Both the position numbers and the translations under genes were made by a program. Of a stretch of 64,000 nucleotides of DNA, positions 52,656 through 61,891 are shown one piece after another. A model generated the notes under the pieces. It had not been told where the DNA came from, did not search any database, and saw only the letters and a program-made list of their open reading frames with translations. The DNA lies in NCBI GenBank assembly GCA_964599395.1, contig CAZRDY010000002.1, positions 189,990-253,989 on the forward strand, written 5' to 3'. The stretch's first letter is position 1. Every line of letters begins with the position of its first letter. This DNA comes from an uncultured Gammaproteobacteria bacterium. Lineage in GTDB: Bacteria > Patescibacteriota > Patescibacteriia > Patescibacteriales > Patescibacteriaceae.

Positions 52656-54638
52656 TTAGAAATTAGCGGTTCCAGCCAATATCTCGTTCTTTAAGTCACC
52701 GTCAGTGTCTCCAACCATAACGTTCACACCGGTATTAGACGAGGCATCAAATGCCATAAATTGAGCTTTTAATCGACCGGCATAATCAAAAATTCGAACG
52801 TGCGGTCCCCCGCTCATCGGCCCGGTAATCAAGTCTTGTTTGCCGTCATTATCAGCGTCTCCTACGACCAGGTTCACACCTCCGCGGAATTTTTTATCAT
52901 ATGCTAAAAATGAACCAAGTAATTTTCCTTTATCGTTAAATATTTTGATTGTTGGAGGCAATCCTTTTCCCGGAGCAACAACTATTTCAGCACTGCCATC
53001 ATTATTAAGATCTCCGACAGATAAAGAAACACCACCTCGAAAATTCTTTTCAAAAACAAAAAATCCGGCGCTCAAAAGCTTTCCATCAGATGAATAGATT
53101 TTTAAATTAGGTCCGCCTGCTGTTGCAGGAATAACAACAATTTCTTTCGCTCCGTCTTTATTAAAATCATATGCAGCAAAAGACAGTTTACCTTTAAAGC
53201 CCGAGCCAAAAGGAGTGATACGGATCGAAGCTCTTCCTGCCCGTGTCACAGTTAAGTAGCCATTTTGCTCGCTGATACGATCGCGAGCGCCATCACTGTT
53301 TAAATCATCATATAGAACCTCAGAGTTTGACGGCAAGTCGGCACGGTAGGCAAAAAAACCGTTACGAAGCTGCGCGCCGCTCGGATTAAATACACGAACA
53401 AAATTTCCATTGAAAAAAGGAGTGCCGATAATATCTTGATTTGCCTTGCGCATAATAATTCCGTCATTCGGATTAAGACGAACATAATTCACCTTTGATC
53501 CGTCATTTACATTTCTGTCTTGTGTGCCTTTGATCTTTTCAAATTGCTCGCGTTTAAAAATATACAATTGCGGTTTGGTTGTTGAATTAACAATCGAAAC
53601 ACCATTTTCAAAATCGCGACGCCAAAGTCCGGCTTCAACAAGGTCGCTATTATTATTCAAGAGATTATAGAAAGAAGATTCGGCTCGACCAAGCGCAACA
53701 TCATATTCGTCATACCACCATAATTGTTGATGGGCTTGATCGCCGTAATCAAAGGAAAAATATCCGTCACCAAGCAAGGTACTCGTCAAACCAAAACGCA
53801 TCTTACGATAATCGTTTTGAGCACCGGTATTATTTGTATTACTATTGATGACAAATAATTGCGGTGACTTATTGAGCGGCGGAAGACGACGCAGATATTG
53901 ATACATTGTCGCCTGCCAGCTTCCATTTCCTTCCCATGGTGTTGGGAAAGTCTCAAACACTCGGCCGTTCATATCCGGCTGATATGAGGCCACTGAATTA
54001 CCGTTCATAATCATGGTTTTATTCTGCAATGGCCCGTTACGAGTTTTTTTAAACAACTCAGCCATTGATCGTTGCCAAGCGCTATTCACGCTTGAAGAAT
54101 CATCGGCTTGTCTGTCGTTGTTAAGATCTATGCCATTTCTACTGTAATGATTAATAGAAGAATCAACCGTGTCATACATAATGCCCGCCCAGTCCCCCTC
54201 ATTCATTTTACTTTGTACAAAATCAACATTCATATTCTGCCAACGGGGGTTTGTCAGGTTTACCGCATATAAACCTGACCAGATTTGCAATTTATTTCCG
54301 TCTTTGTCTCGCAACCACAAATTATCTTGTTCAATTCTACTGTATAACGTATGCGACAAAGTTAAAGACATTGCCGGATAGGTATAAGCCAAGGCAATAC
54401 CTTTTTTCTCATTTTTATAACGCTGCAAAAAACTTGATTGACGCAAACTTGTTTCGTTCGGCAAAATTAACAAATCCCATTTCATGAGTTGGTTGTATTC
54501 ATCCGGATTTACCAACTCAAAATATTTTAAATAAATATTGGCCAAACGCGGATAGGTTTCTTTAGCCTGCGTCAGAGCTGGCGCGACTAAGAGAAAAAAT
54601 AGTATTGGTAGAAAAAATTTACGAGACATAACGTTCAT
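52656..54638 (-). CDS. Secreted protein: putative glycoside-hydrolase-like N-terminal domain plus FG-GAP repeat module
   Basis: Signal peptide MSRKFFLPILFFLLVAPALTQA. N-terminal ~400 aa are W/D/N-rich (GHL-type, tentative). C-terminus has DFNKDGAKEIVV, DLNNDGSAEIVV, DADNDGKQDLIT, DTDGDLKNEIL. Confidence 0.65.
   Translation of the reverse strand: MNVMSRKFFLPILFFLLVAPALTQAKETYPRLANIYLKYFELVNPDEYNQLMKWDLLILPNETSLRQSSFLQRYKNEKKGIALAYTYPAMSLTLSHTLYSRIEQDNLWLRDKDGNKLQIWSGLYAVNLTNPRWQNMNVDFVQSKMNEGDWAGIMYDTVDSSINHYSRNGIDLNNDRQADDSSSVNSAWQRSMAELFKKTRNGPLQNKTMIMNGNSVASYQPDMNGRVFETFPTPWEGNGSWQATMYQYLRRLPPLNKSPQLFVINSNTNNTGAQNDYRKMRFGLTSTLLGDGYFSFDYGDQAHQQLWWYDEYDVALGRAESSFYNLLNNNSDLVEAGLWRRDFENGVSIVNSTTKPQLYIFKREQFEKIKGTQDRNVNDGSKVNYVRLNPNDGIIMRKANQDIIGTPFFNGNFVRVFNPSGAQLRNGFFAYRADLPSNSEVLYDDLNSDGARDRISEQNGYLTVTRAGRASIRITPFGSGFKGKLSFAAYDFNKDGAKEIVVIPATAGGPNLKIYSSDGKLLSAGFFVFEKNFRGGVSLSVGDLNNDGSAEIVVAPGKGLPPTIKIFNDKGKLLGSFLAYDKKFRGGVNLVVGDADNDGKQDLITGPMSGGPHVRIFDYAGRLKAQFMAFDASSNTGVNVMVGDTDGDLKNEILAGTANF
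52659..53417 (-). repeat. Coding FG-GAP/VCBS-type repeats (about 4-5 units)
   Basis: Same F-x-[AV]-[FY]-x3-F-R-G-G-V-x-[LV]-x-V-G-D-x-[DN]-x-D-G pattern as in the S8 and M23 proteins. Confidence 0.75.
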
Positions 54639-55842
54639 ACACTGAGATAATTTTCTTAAGATGTAAATCTGGAGCAAAACGCTCGGCGCTTTTTGCTGCC
54701 GCTTCTCCAATTGCTTTAAGATCAGTCTTAGTTAAATTGTTAATTGTTTTGGCCCAATCTGTTGGATTATTTGATTCACATAAGAATCCGTTAACATTGT
54801 CCGTAAGTACCTCGGGAATTCCGCCGATACGAGCACCGATTACCACTTTTCCCATACCGATTGATTCAAGTAAAGTCAGTGACATATTTTCATACCAAAT
54901 TGATGGAAGCATCAAGGCGGTTGCTTCAGCAATCATTGTTCTTAAACTATGGCCTTGCATCGCCGGGATCATTTCAATTTTTGATTCTAATTTCAATTCC
55001 CTAATTAACGCGTTGCAATGTTCGGCATAGGGACCTTCGCCAACAATCTTTAAAACAAAAGGCGCAGTAACATCTTTCATGGCGCGAATCAGACAATCAA
55101 GTCCTTTTTCCTCTGACAAACGGCCGTAAAATAATATATAATCTTTTAAATGTATGGAGTCTTTTTGCGGGATAAAACCGCTTGAAACAAAGTTAGGAAT
55201 CGCAAAAATAATATCTTCAGAAAATCCGGCGCGAACGCAGATTGATTTCATAAATTCACTTGGTGCAATATACGCATCAATATTTCGTTCATAAATTTTT
55301 AAAATCTTATGATGCAGTATCATAGCAAGTGAGGCCAATAAACTTTTTGAAAAAGAATTTTTATGACATCGATCAAGCGCACAACGCAAATAATGTCCGC
55401 CTAAGGCCCTGGTATAAATTTTACCACGGCAAAACAATTGATGATCAGGCGATACTAAGCTGTAATCATGCAAATGCATAATAACTGGAATATTCATCTT
55501 TTTTGCTACAGGTATTATTGAAGGAGAAATTTGGTTGTAAATATTATGAAGATGAATAATGTCAGGTTTAAAATCAAGCAAAAGTTTTTTAAATTTTCGT
55601 TTGGCCTCAAAACTATAAAGAATTCGCAGCGGCGCGATAAGGTAATCTCGAAGTTTTGGTTCACTAAAACTGATTCGCGAAACAAAATACTTTGACCATT
55701 TCGTCGGCAAATTTTTCGGATGATCCATACTGAAAAACGCGACTTCATGTCCGGCTCTTTCAAGCATCTGACTTAAATCAAGGCAGTAGCGCTCAGCGCC
55801 ACCTCTGACATAATGATATTTGTTGACCTGAAGAATCTTCAT
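54619..55842 (-). CDS. GT4-family glycosyltransferase
   Basis: MKILQVNKYHYVRGGAERYCLD and SIWYENMSLTLLESIGMGKVVIGARIGGIPE. Confidence 0.85.
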   Translation of the reverse strand: MKILQVNKYHYVRGGAERYCLDLSQMLERAGHEVAFFSMDHPKNLPTKWSKYFVSRISFSEPKLRDYLIAPLRILYSFEAKRKFKKLLLDFKPDIIHLHNIYNQISPSIIPVAKKMNIPVIMHLHDYSLVSPDHQLFCRGKIYTRALGGHYLRCALDRCHKNSFSKSLLASLAMILHHKILKIYERNIDAYIAPSEFMKSICVRAGFSEDIIFAIPNFVSSGFIPQKDSIHLKDYILFYGRLSEEKGLDCLIRAMKDVTAPFVLKIVGEGPYAEHCNALIRELKLESKIEMIPAMQGHSLRTMIAEATALMLPSIWYENMSLTLLESIGMGKVVIGARIGGIPEVLTDNVNGFLCESNNPTDWAKTINNLTKTDLKAIGEAAAKSAERFAPDLHLKKIISVYERYVS

Positions 55843-55843
55843 A

Positions 55844-56923
55844 TTATGACAAGATTTCTAAATAAGCCTTCCGATACTCGGCCACCATCTTCGAAACTGA
55901 AAAATGTTCGGCAACTGCTACCCGCAATGCTCTGCCTAACCGTTCGCGCTCGTCAGCGTTGTTTATTAAACTTCGTAACTTACTAGCTAAGATGTGGGCG
56001 TCGCCGGGTTCAAACAATAATCCATCTTTTGTATCCGTGATAATTTCTCTAATACCATCAACATTAGAAGCAATAACTGGCAAAGAAGTGGCACCAGCTT
56101 CTAAAACTGCAATACCAAGTCCTTCCCATAATGATGGCAATACAAAAATATCAAGGCCATGCAAAAACTCAGGAACATCAGAGCTGAGTCCCGGCAAAGA
56201 AACCCGTTCATCTAAATTAAGGGTGCGAATAAGAGTTTCAAGTTCAGTACGTTTCACTCCTTCACCTACGATTGTACAGTGAAAATTTAAATCTTTTAAT
56301 TCAGCAAGAGCCTCAATCAAAATTGCAAAGCCTTTTTGTTCAGTTAATCTACCGGCTGAGCCTATCTGTATTCTTGCGTTATCAGACATGAACTCCTTTT
56401 GTTTGAAATTATTTATATCAATGCCGTTATAAATTACTCTTATCTTTTCTTTTGCAATACCGTAACGATGAATCAGGTCGCGTTCCACGGCTTTTGATAC
56501 GGCAATAATTTTATTTGCCCAAGTACTCGTAATTTTTTTTATAAGATTCATTAAAAATCCTTCATCGGGATTGACGTTATGTTCCGTTGAAATAATATTT
56601 TTATAGCCGAGCAAACGAGCCGCTAGACGACCGTACAAATCACCTCCTAAATGAGTATGAATAATATCAGGATTTTCTTGCTTAATAATTTTCTTAATCA
56701 TCAAAAAATTCTTAAGATCAAACTTGGACTTTTTGTGCAATTCAATCACTCTAATATGTTTCTTTTCAAGAATTTCTTTCCAGTATCCACCGCCGACAAA
56801 ACTTAAAACAACAGTTTCAAATTCACTGGTCTCAAGTCCAAAAGATATATCAACCACGACGCGTTCAGCGCCGCCCATGCCGAGAGCCGGTATAATATGT
56901 AAAACTTTATGTAACTTTTCCAT
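55844..56923 (-). CDS. GT4-family glycosyltransferase
   Basis: VLHIIPALGMGGAERVVVD and PSLWEGLGIAVLEAGATSLPVIASNVDGIRE. Confidence 0.85.
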   Translation of the reverse strand: MEKLHKVLHIIPALGMGGAERVVVDISFGLETSEFETVVLSFVGGGYWKEILEKKHIRVIELHKKSKFDLKNFLMIKKIIKQENPDIIHTHLGGDLYGRLAARLLGYKNIISTEHNVNPDEGFLMNLIKKITSTWANKIIAVSKAVERDLIHRYGIAKEKIRVIYNGIDINNFKQKEFMSDNARIQIGSAGRLTEQKGFAILIEALAELKDLNFHCTIVGEGVKRTELETLIRTLNLDERVSLPGLSSDVPEFLHGLDIFVLPSLWEGLGIAVLEAGATSLPVIASNVDGIREIITDTKDGLLFEPGDAHILASKLRSLINNADERERLGRALRVAVAEHFSVSKMVAEYRKAYLEILS

Positions 56924-58289
56924 GTGTCAGTTTTGAGCGTGAAGCAAGACTAACTGCCGCTACAGCAAGTGCAATCGGAAACCATAGCTTGCCTTTGTAA
57001 TATGAAGTATTAAAAAATTGAAAAATAAATCCACCACTGACCGCCAATACAATCGGAATTAATATATTTCTGGCTGCAGGATTTTTTGCAATTCCCTCAT
57101 AGAGTCTTTTAAAAATCAAGAAAGCAAAAATACTAAAGCTGAAGATGCCGAGCAATCCGTTTTCGGCCAACACTTTTTGCCATAAGCCGTGGGAATCCAA
57201 AGGATCACCGTATTGAGCTTTAAAACGAATATTATTATCCACGAGCGATATATAGGTTCCGCTCCCCGTACCAATGATAGGATGCTCCAAAAAACTTTCC
57301 CAAGCGACACGGCTTAATTGCAAGCGGCTCTCGGTTGAACTTGTATTTGTTTCTACTTGCAATTCAAGCATATATAACGATAATGGCGCGGCAATCATTA
57401 CCATGATAATAATGGGTAAGAAATATCGTTTAATTAATTCTTTGCGGTGATATATAAAATACATGAAAACCTGAAAGTACAAAGCGATCCACCCGGCACG
57501 AGAAAAGGTGCCGACAGCTACCGCTGCGAACAATAAAGTAACAACATTCAACCACTTCTTAATCTGCTCCCCTTTAACAAACTGTTTAAGGGCAATAGTT
57601 AAGAAAGCAAGAATTACTAAAAACTCCGCGATAAGATTTTGATTTTCGCCAATAGGATAACCGCCAAATATTTTTGTCGGTTTAATACGTGCAAAACTAT
57701 TCTGCCAGTCCTGCGCCGATAGTGAGGTCAAACCAATCAAAGCTACGGCAAGACCCGCAATCACGAGACAAATAATTGTTCGCTTTAAAATTGTACGATT
57801 AGTAATAACATTTATTGGTAACCAGATAAACGCCAAGTAAAAAAATAAAATCCAACGTACTGAATACCAGGCGCTCGACAGTGGATATTCAGCAAATATA
57901 CTCGATATGAGCGTAGCAATAAAAAATAACGTGAAGCTCCCTACAAAGGGCCAGGATATGCTAAAATTTTTGCGGTCAAACAAAAATGTAAACATTTGAC
58001 GACTCGCATAGCCTATTAAGCTCAGTAAAGCAACTAAATCCGGTAAAGGAATAAGTAATCCATCCAAAGGAAATGACCAATTGATAATCGGCAAACTAAG
58101 AGCCATTAAATATAATGACCAGGTCGGTTTAAAGGCGGCTACGAGAATAAGACCGCTCATAAGAATTGCGGCAATCATTTGCTGGGGCCAGCTGCTTGCT
58201 AAAATTAAAATAACGGAAGCCGCGGCTGAGGCTCCGATAATCAGTAGAACAATTTGGCTTCGTGCTTCAATAGTCTTTGAGTCGTTCAT
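56907..58289 (-). CDS. O-antigen ligase / Wzy-type polymerase family membrane protein
   Basis: 460 aa with about 11 TM segments. Loop VGTFSRAGWIALYF matches the Wzy_C-type S-R-x-x-W segment. Confidence 0.7.
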   Translation of the reverse strand: MNDSKTIEARSQIVLLIIGASAAASVILILASSWPQQMIAAILMSGLILVAAFKPTWSLYLMALSLPIINWSFPLDGLLIPLPDLVALLSLIGYASRQMFTFLFDRKNFSISWPFVGSFTLFFIATLISSIFAEYPLSSAWYSVRWILFFYLAFIWLPINVITNRTILKRTIICLVIAGLAVALIGLTSLSAQDWQNSFARIKPTKIFGGYPIGENQNLIAEFLVILAFLTIALKQFVKGEQIKKWLNVVTLLFAAVAVGTFSRAGWIALYFQVFMYFIYHRKELIKRYFLPIIIMVMIAAPLSLYMLELQVETNTSSTESRLQLSRVAWESFLEHPIIGTGSGTYISLVDNNIRFKAQYGDPLDSHGLWQKVLAENGLLGIFSFSIFAFLIFKRLYEGIAKNPAARNILIPIVLAVSGGFIFQFFNTSYYKGKLWFPIALAVAAVSLASRSKLTHGKVT

Positions 58290-58330
58290 ACCTTAATTAC
58301 ACTATAAAAACGCATAAAAATCAATATTAT

Positions 58331-58356
58331 AAAAGGGAGCATGGAGGCTCCCTTTT
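58331..58356 (-). terminator. Intrinsic terminator (bidirectional shape)
   Basis: AAAAGGGAGC-atggag-GCTCCCTTTT. Confidence 0.65.
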
Positions 58357-58381
58357 GCTTATGTAATCCGGAAATTAATTG

Positions 58382-58783
58382 CTATTCCGGAGTCACATAA
58401 AAATTAATGCCGGTGTCGGAGTCGTTAGGTTTCGTATCGTTGATGAAATCAACCCGTGGATCGTTAGGATCTATAGCTGTCGGAAAATATACATATTTTC
58501 CGTTAGCAAGTTTAACCCGAACGCTAAACTCGTTTTTTTTGCCGGGAAACCGCTTTCCTGTGCTGGCTACATATTCACTGCCTTCGAGATACATCTCCTG
58601 CCAGGTTGACCAACCATTACTATCACCGCTGACTTCAACCAGTTCAAAATCCTGGTAGTCTGTCAAAAGTTGAGCTTGGATTTTATACTCACCCGGTTTG
58701 GTTGCAGTATAGTATTTGGTCTGCGACTGTGCGACAGCGCCTATTGTGAAAAAGAACAGTACAACTAAAATTTTTTTAAGCAT
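58382..58783 (-). CDS. Small secreted protein, CBM48/E-set-like carbohydrate-binding module (tentative)
   Basis: ATG 58783 gives signal peptide MLKKILVVLFFFTIGAVAQS. VSGDSNGWSTWQEM...KLANGKYVYF...DPNDP resembles the AMPK-beta/CBM48 pattern. Confidence 0.5.
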   Translation of the reverse strand: MLKKILVVLFFFTIGAVAQSQTKYYTATKPGEYKIQAQLLTDYQDFELVEVSGDSNGWSTWQEMYLEGSEYVASTGKRFPGKKNEFSVRVKLANGKYVYFPTAIDPNDPRVDFINDTKPNDSDTGINFYVTPE

Positions 58784-58833
58784 CTTATTGCCCTCTGGTA
58801 TAGTTTTAAAAAAATGTTTTGTATTAATATAGT

Positions 58834-58862
58834 AATATATCAGATATATCAAGTCCTGTCAA
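58834..58862 (-). promoter_or_regulatory. Near-consensus promoter of the CBM-like gene
   Basis: Minus strand reads TTGACA (58862-58857), a 17-nt spacer, then TATATT (58839-58834). SD GAGGG lies 9 nt before the ATG. Confidence 0.55.
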
Positions 58863-58879
58863 TAGCAGTTTTGGGTGTG

Positions 58880-58909
58880 AAAAAGGCGTTGTTTTTCAAC
58901 AACGCCTTT
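58880..58909 (-). terminator. Intrinsic terminator
   Basis: AAAGGCGTTG-8 nt-CAACGCCTTT (10-bp stem) followed by a T run on the minus strand. Confidence 0.7.
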
Positions 58910-58939
58910 CTTTTAAAAATGTACAACTTACATCTAATA

Positions 58940-59650
58940 CTATTTGTATTCCACTTCATAGCCGATGTTCCAGCCGTTTCCAAGCCAATTCGCCAATATA
59001 AGCGGTGATGATGCACTCATGCTACCGGCTTCAATAGGTAAAGCTGGATAGTGACCTGTATTGGGCCAAAATTCAGCACAGAAATTTACAAAGTATTTTG
59101 TAGTATTGTCTTTCTGAGGAATGGCTGTTGGAGAAATATTTCCATCAACATAGGAATATTCGCCTTCATAGCTTACCTTAACGTTATGATCGCTGGTGTG
59201 ACAACCACGCATAAAGGTTGTATCCGCCGGATGTGTCTGCCTGTAACGCTTTTCAATAGAAGTTAAAATAAATGATCTTAAATGTCCAGCCGGTGTAACA
59301 CACATGCCGTAATTACCTTTCATTTCAGTAGGAAAATCAACTAAGCCGCCTGATGTTTTTATCATCAGCTTTTTAACGAGTGATTTTTCATTCTGGGTAT
59401 TTTCCAGATTGGTTTCCTGCGTGATTTGTTCTTTGCCGGAGAGATCTTCTTTCTTTGTTTCTTTCTTATCCGCAGTGTTTTCGGTTGTAGTGGTTCCCGG
59501 GAAGTATTTGGCTTTTACACTGTGGACCACAGAGCGTGCCCCAAAGTATAAAACCGTGCTGGTTCCGCTCAGGAAAAAAAACAGCATAAGTAAAGCCACT
59601 ATTCCACCAAAGATAATAAATCCGGTGGTTCTTTTTTTGTTCGTCTGCAT
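58940..59650 (-). CDS. Membrane-anchored protein with T/E/K-rich linker and Cys-containing C-terminal domain, unknown
   Basis: 236-aa ORF. N-terminal TM GFIIFGGIVALLMLFFFL. No motif recognised. Confidence 0.55.
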   Translation of the reverse strand: MQTNKKRTTGFIIFGGIVALLMLFFFLSGTSTVLYFGARSVVHSVKAKYFPGTTTTENTADKKETKKEDLSGKEQITQETNLENTQNEKSLVKKLMIKTSGGLVDFPTEMKGNYGMCVTPAGHLRSFILTSIEKRYRQTHPADTTFMRGCHTSDHNVKVSYEGEYSYVDGNISPTAIPQKDNTTKYFVNFCAEFWPNTGHYPALPIEAGSMSASSPLILANWLGNGWNIGYEVEYK

Positions 59651-59709
59651 TGTTAAAGCCCTTTCGTTTAGTTTTTATGAATTGTTTTATAATTAGTTGT
59701 TAGATCTAT

Positions 59710-60780
59710 TCAGAATCTATTCAGGAATGACAAAAGGTTCGCTTTTGCCTCCAGAATCAAGATTACATTATCCTGCGAGGTCGAGGTTAAGTGCATGAGT
59801 GCTTTAGCTGTTAACTGAATGAATTGATTGCCCTGGTAATTAACCCAGGCTGCGGCACCCAACACCAGTCGTTCCAACTTACCTTCGTTCTGAAAGTCAT
59901 ACCCGAGTGAAAGGGGTATTTCAAGCTCATACTTCTTTGAGAGGATCAAAAATCCTCCTAAGTTTTGTTTCAACACAACAACCGTACCGACCACACCCCA
60001 AGCCCTGGTATCGACCAAATGATCGTCCTTGATCTGAGATGTATCGTAGCGCGAGCTTAAACTACGCGTAATGTTTCCTCTGTAATATCCAGAGATCTCA
60101 TAACGCACCATAGATGTTTTGTCCGCACTTTTTGCCGAGGGCGTCAGGCACATATTCACCAAAAAGTCATTGTTAACCTGTTCCCGATTATAAGCGCCGA
60201 TCTGTCCTTTGATCTTTGAGTGAATAATTAATAAGCTACCCGTCCATGAGTTCATGTCCGTAGTAACGTTATTTCGGTTTACGATCGGACCAATACCGAA
60301 CTCCGTAACTTCAGAGTTATATTGTCCCGTTTCTTTGTTCTCGTAACGTGACGAGAAGTTACCGTAATACGCAACAGCTCCGATCATCAAAGTACCATCT
60401 TTTTTTCTGGGGTCAAGGATATTTCCTTTTCCCTCGAACCATGCAAATTCTCCGCCGCCTTTTAAAGAAAGGGGTGTATTGAAACTGCTTAGACCTATGA
60501 TCAAATCATAGTTATTCTTTGGGCGAAGGTAAATTTCAGTGGATTTTTTGGTTTTATACGGATTGTAATTTGGATCAACATATTTCCCGGTATTAGGATT
60601 CTCATAATAGACATCGGATTTTTGTTGCTCATTACTCTTTACCGGCTGATCATGCTGCTTTTCGCTTTTTGTTCGTATGTTATTTTTGCGCCAGGCTTCA
60701 ATAAGTGAATCGTTGGCCTGAGCAAAAAGCTCCATACCTGAAAAGATGAATAAAACTAAAAAACAATGTATTAGTTTCAT
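59710..60780 (-). CDS. Secreted beta-rich protein ending in Phe (outer-membrane beta-barrel-like)
   Basis: Signal peptide MKLIHCFLVLFIFSGMELFAQA. Alternating hydrophobic/polar strands through the last ~250 aa. C-terminus ...NLLSFLNRF. SD AGGAGG 8 nt upstream. Confidence 0.6.
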   Translation of the reverse strand: MKLIHCFLVLFIFSGMELFAQANDSLIEAWRKNNIRTKSEKQHDQPVKSNEQQKSDVYYENPNTGKYVDPNYNPYKTKKSTEIYLRPKNNYDLIIGLSSFNTPLSLKGGGEFAWFEGKGNILDPRKKDGTLMIGAVAYYGNFSSRYENKETGQYNSEVTEFGIGPIVNRNNVTTDMNSWTGSLLIIHSKIKGQIGAYNREQVNNDFLVNMCLTPSAKSADKTSMVRYEISGYYRGNITRSLSSRYDTSQIKDDHLVDTRAWGVVGTVVVLKQNLGGFLILSKKYELEIPLSLGYDFQNEGKLERLVLGAAAWVNYQGNQFIQLTAKALMHLTSTSQDNVILILEAKANLLSFLNRF

Positions 60781-60863
60781 TTAGAATTCCTCCTGCGGCT
60801 ATTTTTTATAGCACGCTTTTTTATAGGTTTTTAATTTGCTTTCTTTAATTTCTTTAATCCATA

Positions 60864-60892
60864 ATCCTACCATGAAGCTCAACTATTGTCAA
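60864..60892 (-). promoter_or_regulatory. Candidate promoter of the 356-aa/236-aa gene pair
   Basis: Minus strand reads TTGACA (60892-60887), a 17-nt spacer, then TAGGAT (60869-60864). Confidence 0.45.
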
Positions 60893-60919
60893 GCTTCAGG
60901 GCAGTGTTCTGTTTTAAAG

Positions 60920-61723
60920 TTATTTAAGGATATTTCGCATATTTCCTTGACGAGCAATCTCTTCCACAGTCAATGGTCTTACTTCTTCAAGATAGCCTCC
61001 CTCGCCAATCATGTCAGGATACTGCTCTTCGGCGTGCGCCGTATGAAAATTAGGCGAAGATGGTTGAGACTTCAAGGTCGCCTTCTGTCCGTAGCTGTGC
61101 GGAATCTGAATCATGTTTTGGGGAATCAAGTACAGATACACCAAGCTCGTCAAAAATCCGAGTAGAACGGCAATGCTGATAATCAAGAAAACATTCGGAC
61201 GTACCGGCCAGGTTGAATTAATCGGTTGGTCAATCAAACGCACCTTTACTGCGTCGCCTGATCCGTGATACGCGGTGTTCTGAGTCATTAAGACAAAGTT
61301 AATGGCGCGATCAATTTGTTCAGCCTGATTACGATTTGGGTGATACACGGTAATCGCAATAATACCCGAGTCGTTAATACTCTTTGCCGTAACTGTACGA
61401 TTCCACTGCGTCATCTGATCTTTGGTGTTATCACCGAAATATCCTTGGTTGATTGAAAAACCCGACTCCATCACTTTAGTAAAGAATGAGTTTGAAGTAA
61501 CAACGTTTGCTAAGACGCTCGAAAGATATTCATTTGATTTTGAGGCGGTATAGGCGTCAACGCTACGGTTATATTCTTGCACAACCAAGAGCTGAGATTT
61601 TGAACTATACTTAAAACGCTGCACGGCGATTACACCAACCCCCAATAATATAAAGAGGGCGATGATTCCATACACGGTTTTACGCTTACGCGCGACCAAG
61701 TTAATAAAGTCGTTAAATTCCAT
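60920..61723 (-). CDS. Wzz-type polysaccharide chain-length determinant (PCP) protein
   Basis: N-terminal TM after DFINLVARKRKTVYGIIALFILLGVG, a ~170-aa extracytoplasmic domain and a C-terminal TM VFLIISIAVLLGFLTSLVYLYL. Confidence 0.65.
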   Translation of the reverse strand: MEFNDFINLVARKRKTVYGIIALFILLGVGVIAVQRFKYSSKSQLLVVQEYNRSVDAYTASKSNEYLSSVLANVVTSNSFFTKVMESGFSINQGYFGDNTKDQMTQWNRTVTAKSINDSGIIAITVYHPNRNQAEQIDRAINFVLMTQNTAYHGSGDAVKVRLIDQPINSTWPVRPNVFLIISIAVLLGFLTSLVYLYLIPQNMIQIPHSYGQKATLKSQPSSPNFHTAHAEEQYPDMIGEGGYLEEVRPLTVEEIARQGNMRNILK

Positions 61724-61753
61724 AAAGGATTAGTTTGTTTAAATATGGCTCAT

Positions 61754-61782
61754 ACTATAGCATGTAATCAAAATTATGTCAA
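61754..61782 (-). promoter_or_regulatory. Near-consensus promoter of the wzz-like gene
   Basis: Minus strand reads TTGACA (61782-61777), a 17-nt spacer, then TATAGT (61759-61754). Confidence 0.55.
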
Positions 61783-61842
61783 TATTGCATAAAAACAAGC
61801 CATATACTCACTTTAATAAACGCTACAAAAGCTTAAAGATTA

Positions 61843-61875
61843 CAAAAAAAAGACCTGTATTCGGTCTTTCTTTTA
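61843..61875 (-). terminator. Intrinsic terminator after the wHTH regulator gene
   Basis: AAGACC-7-nt loop-GGTCTT followed by a run of 8 T on the minus strand. Confidence 0.6.
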
Positions 61876-61891
61876 AAATAATTATAGGGAT

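Noticed and set aside
60836-61165. 109-aa plus-strand ORF
   Set aside because: It overlaps the 3' part of the Wzz-like gene and that gene's downstream promoter region. No SD, no motif.
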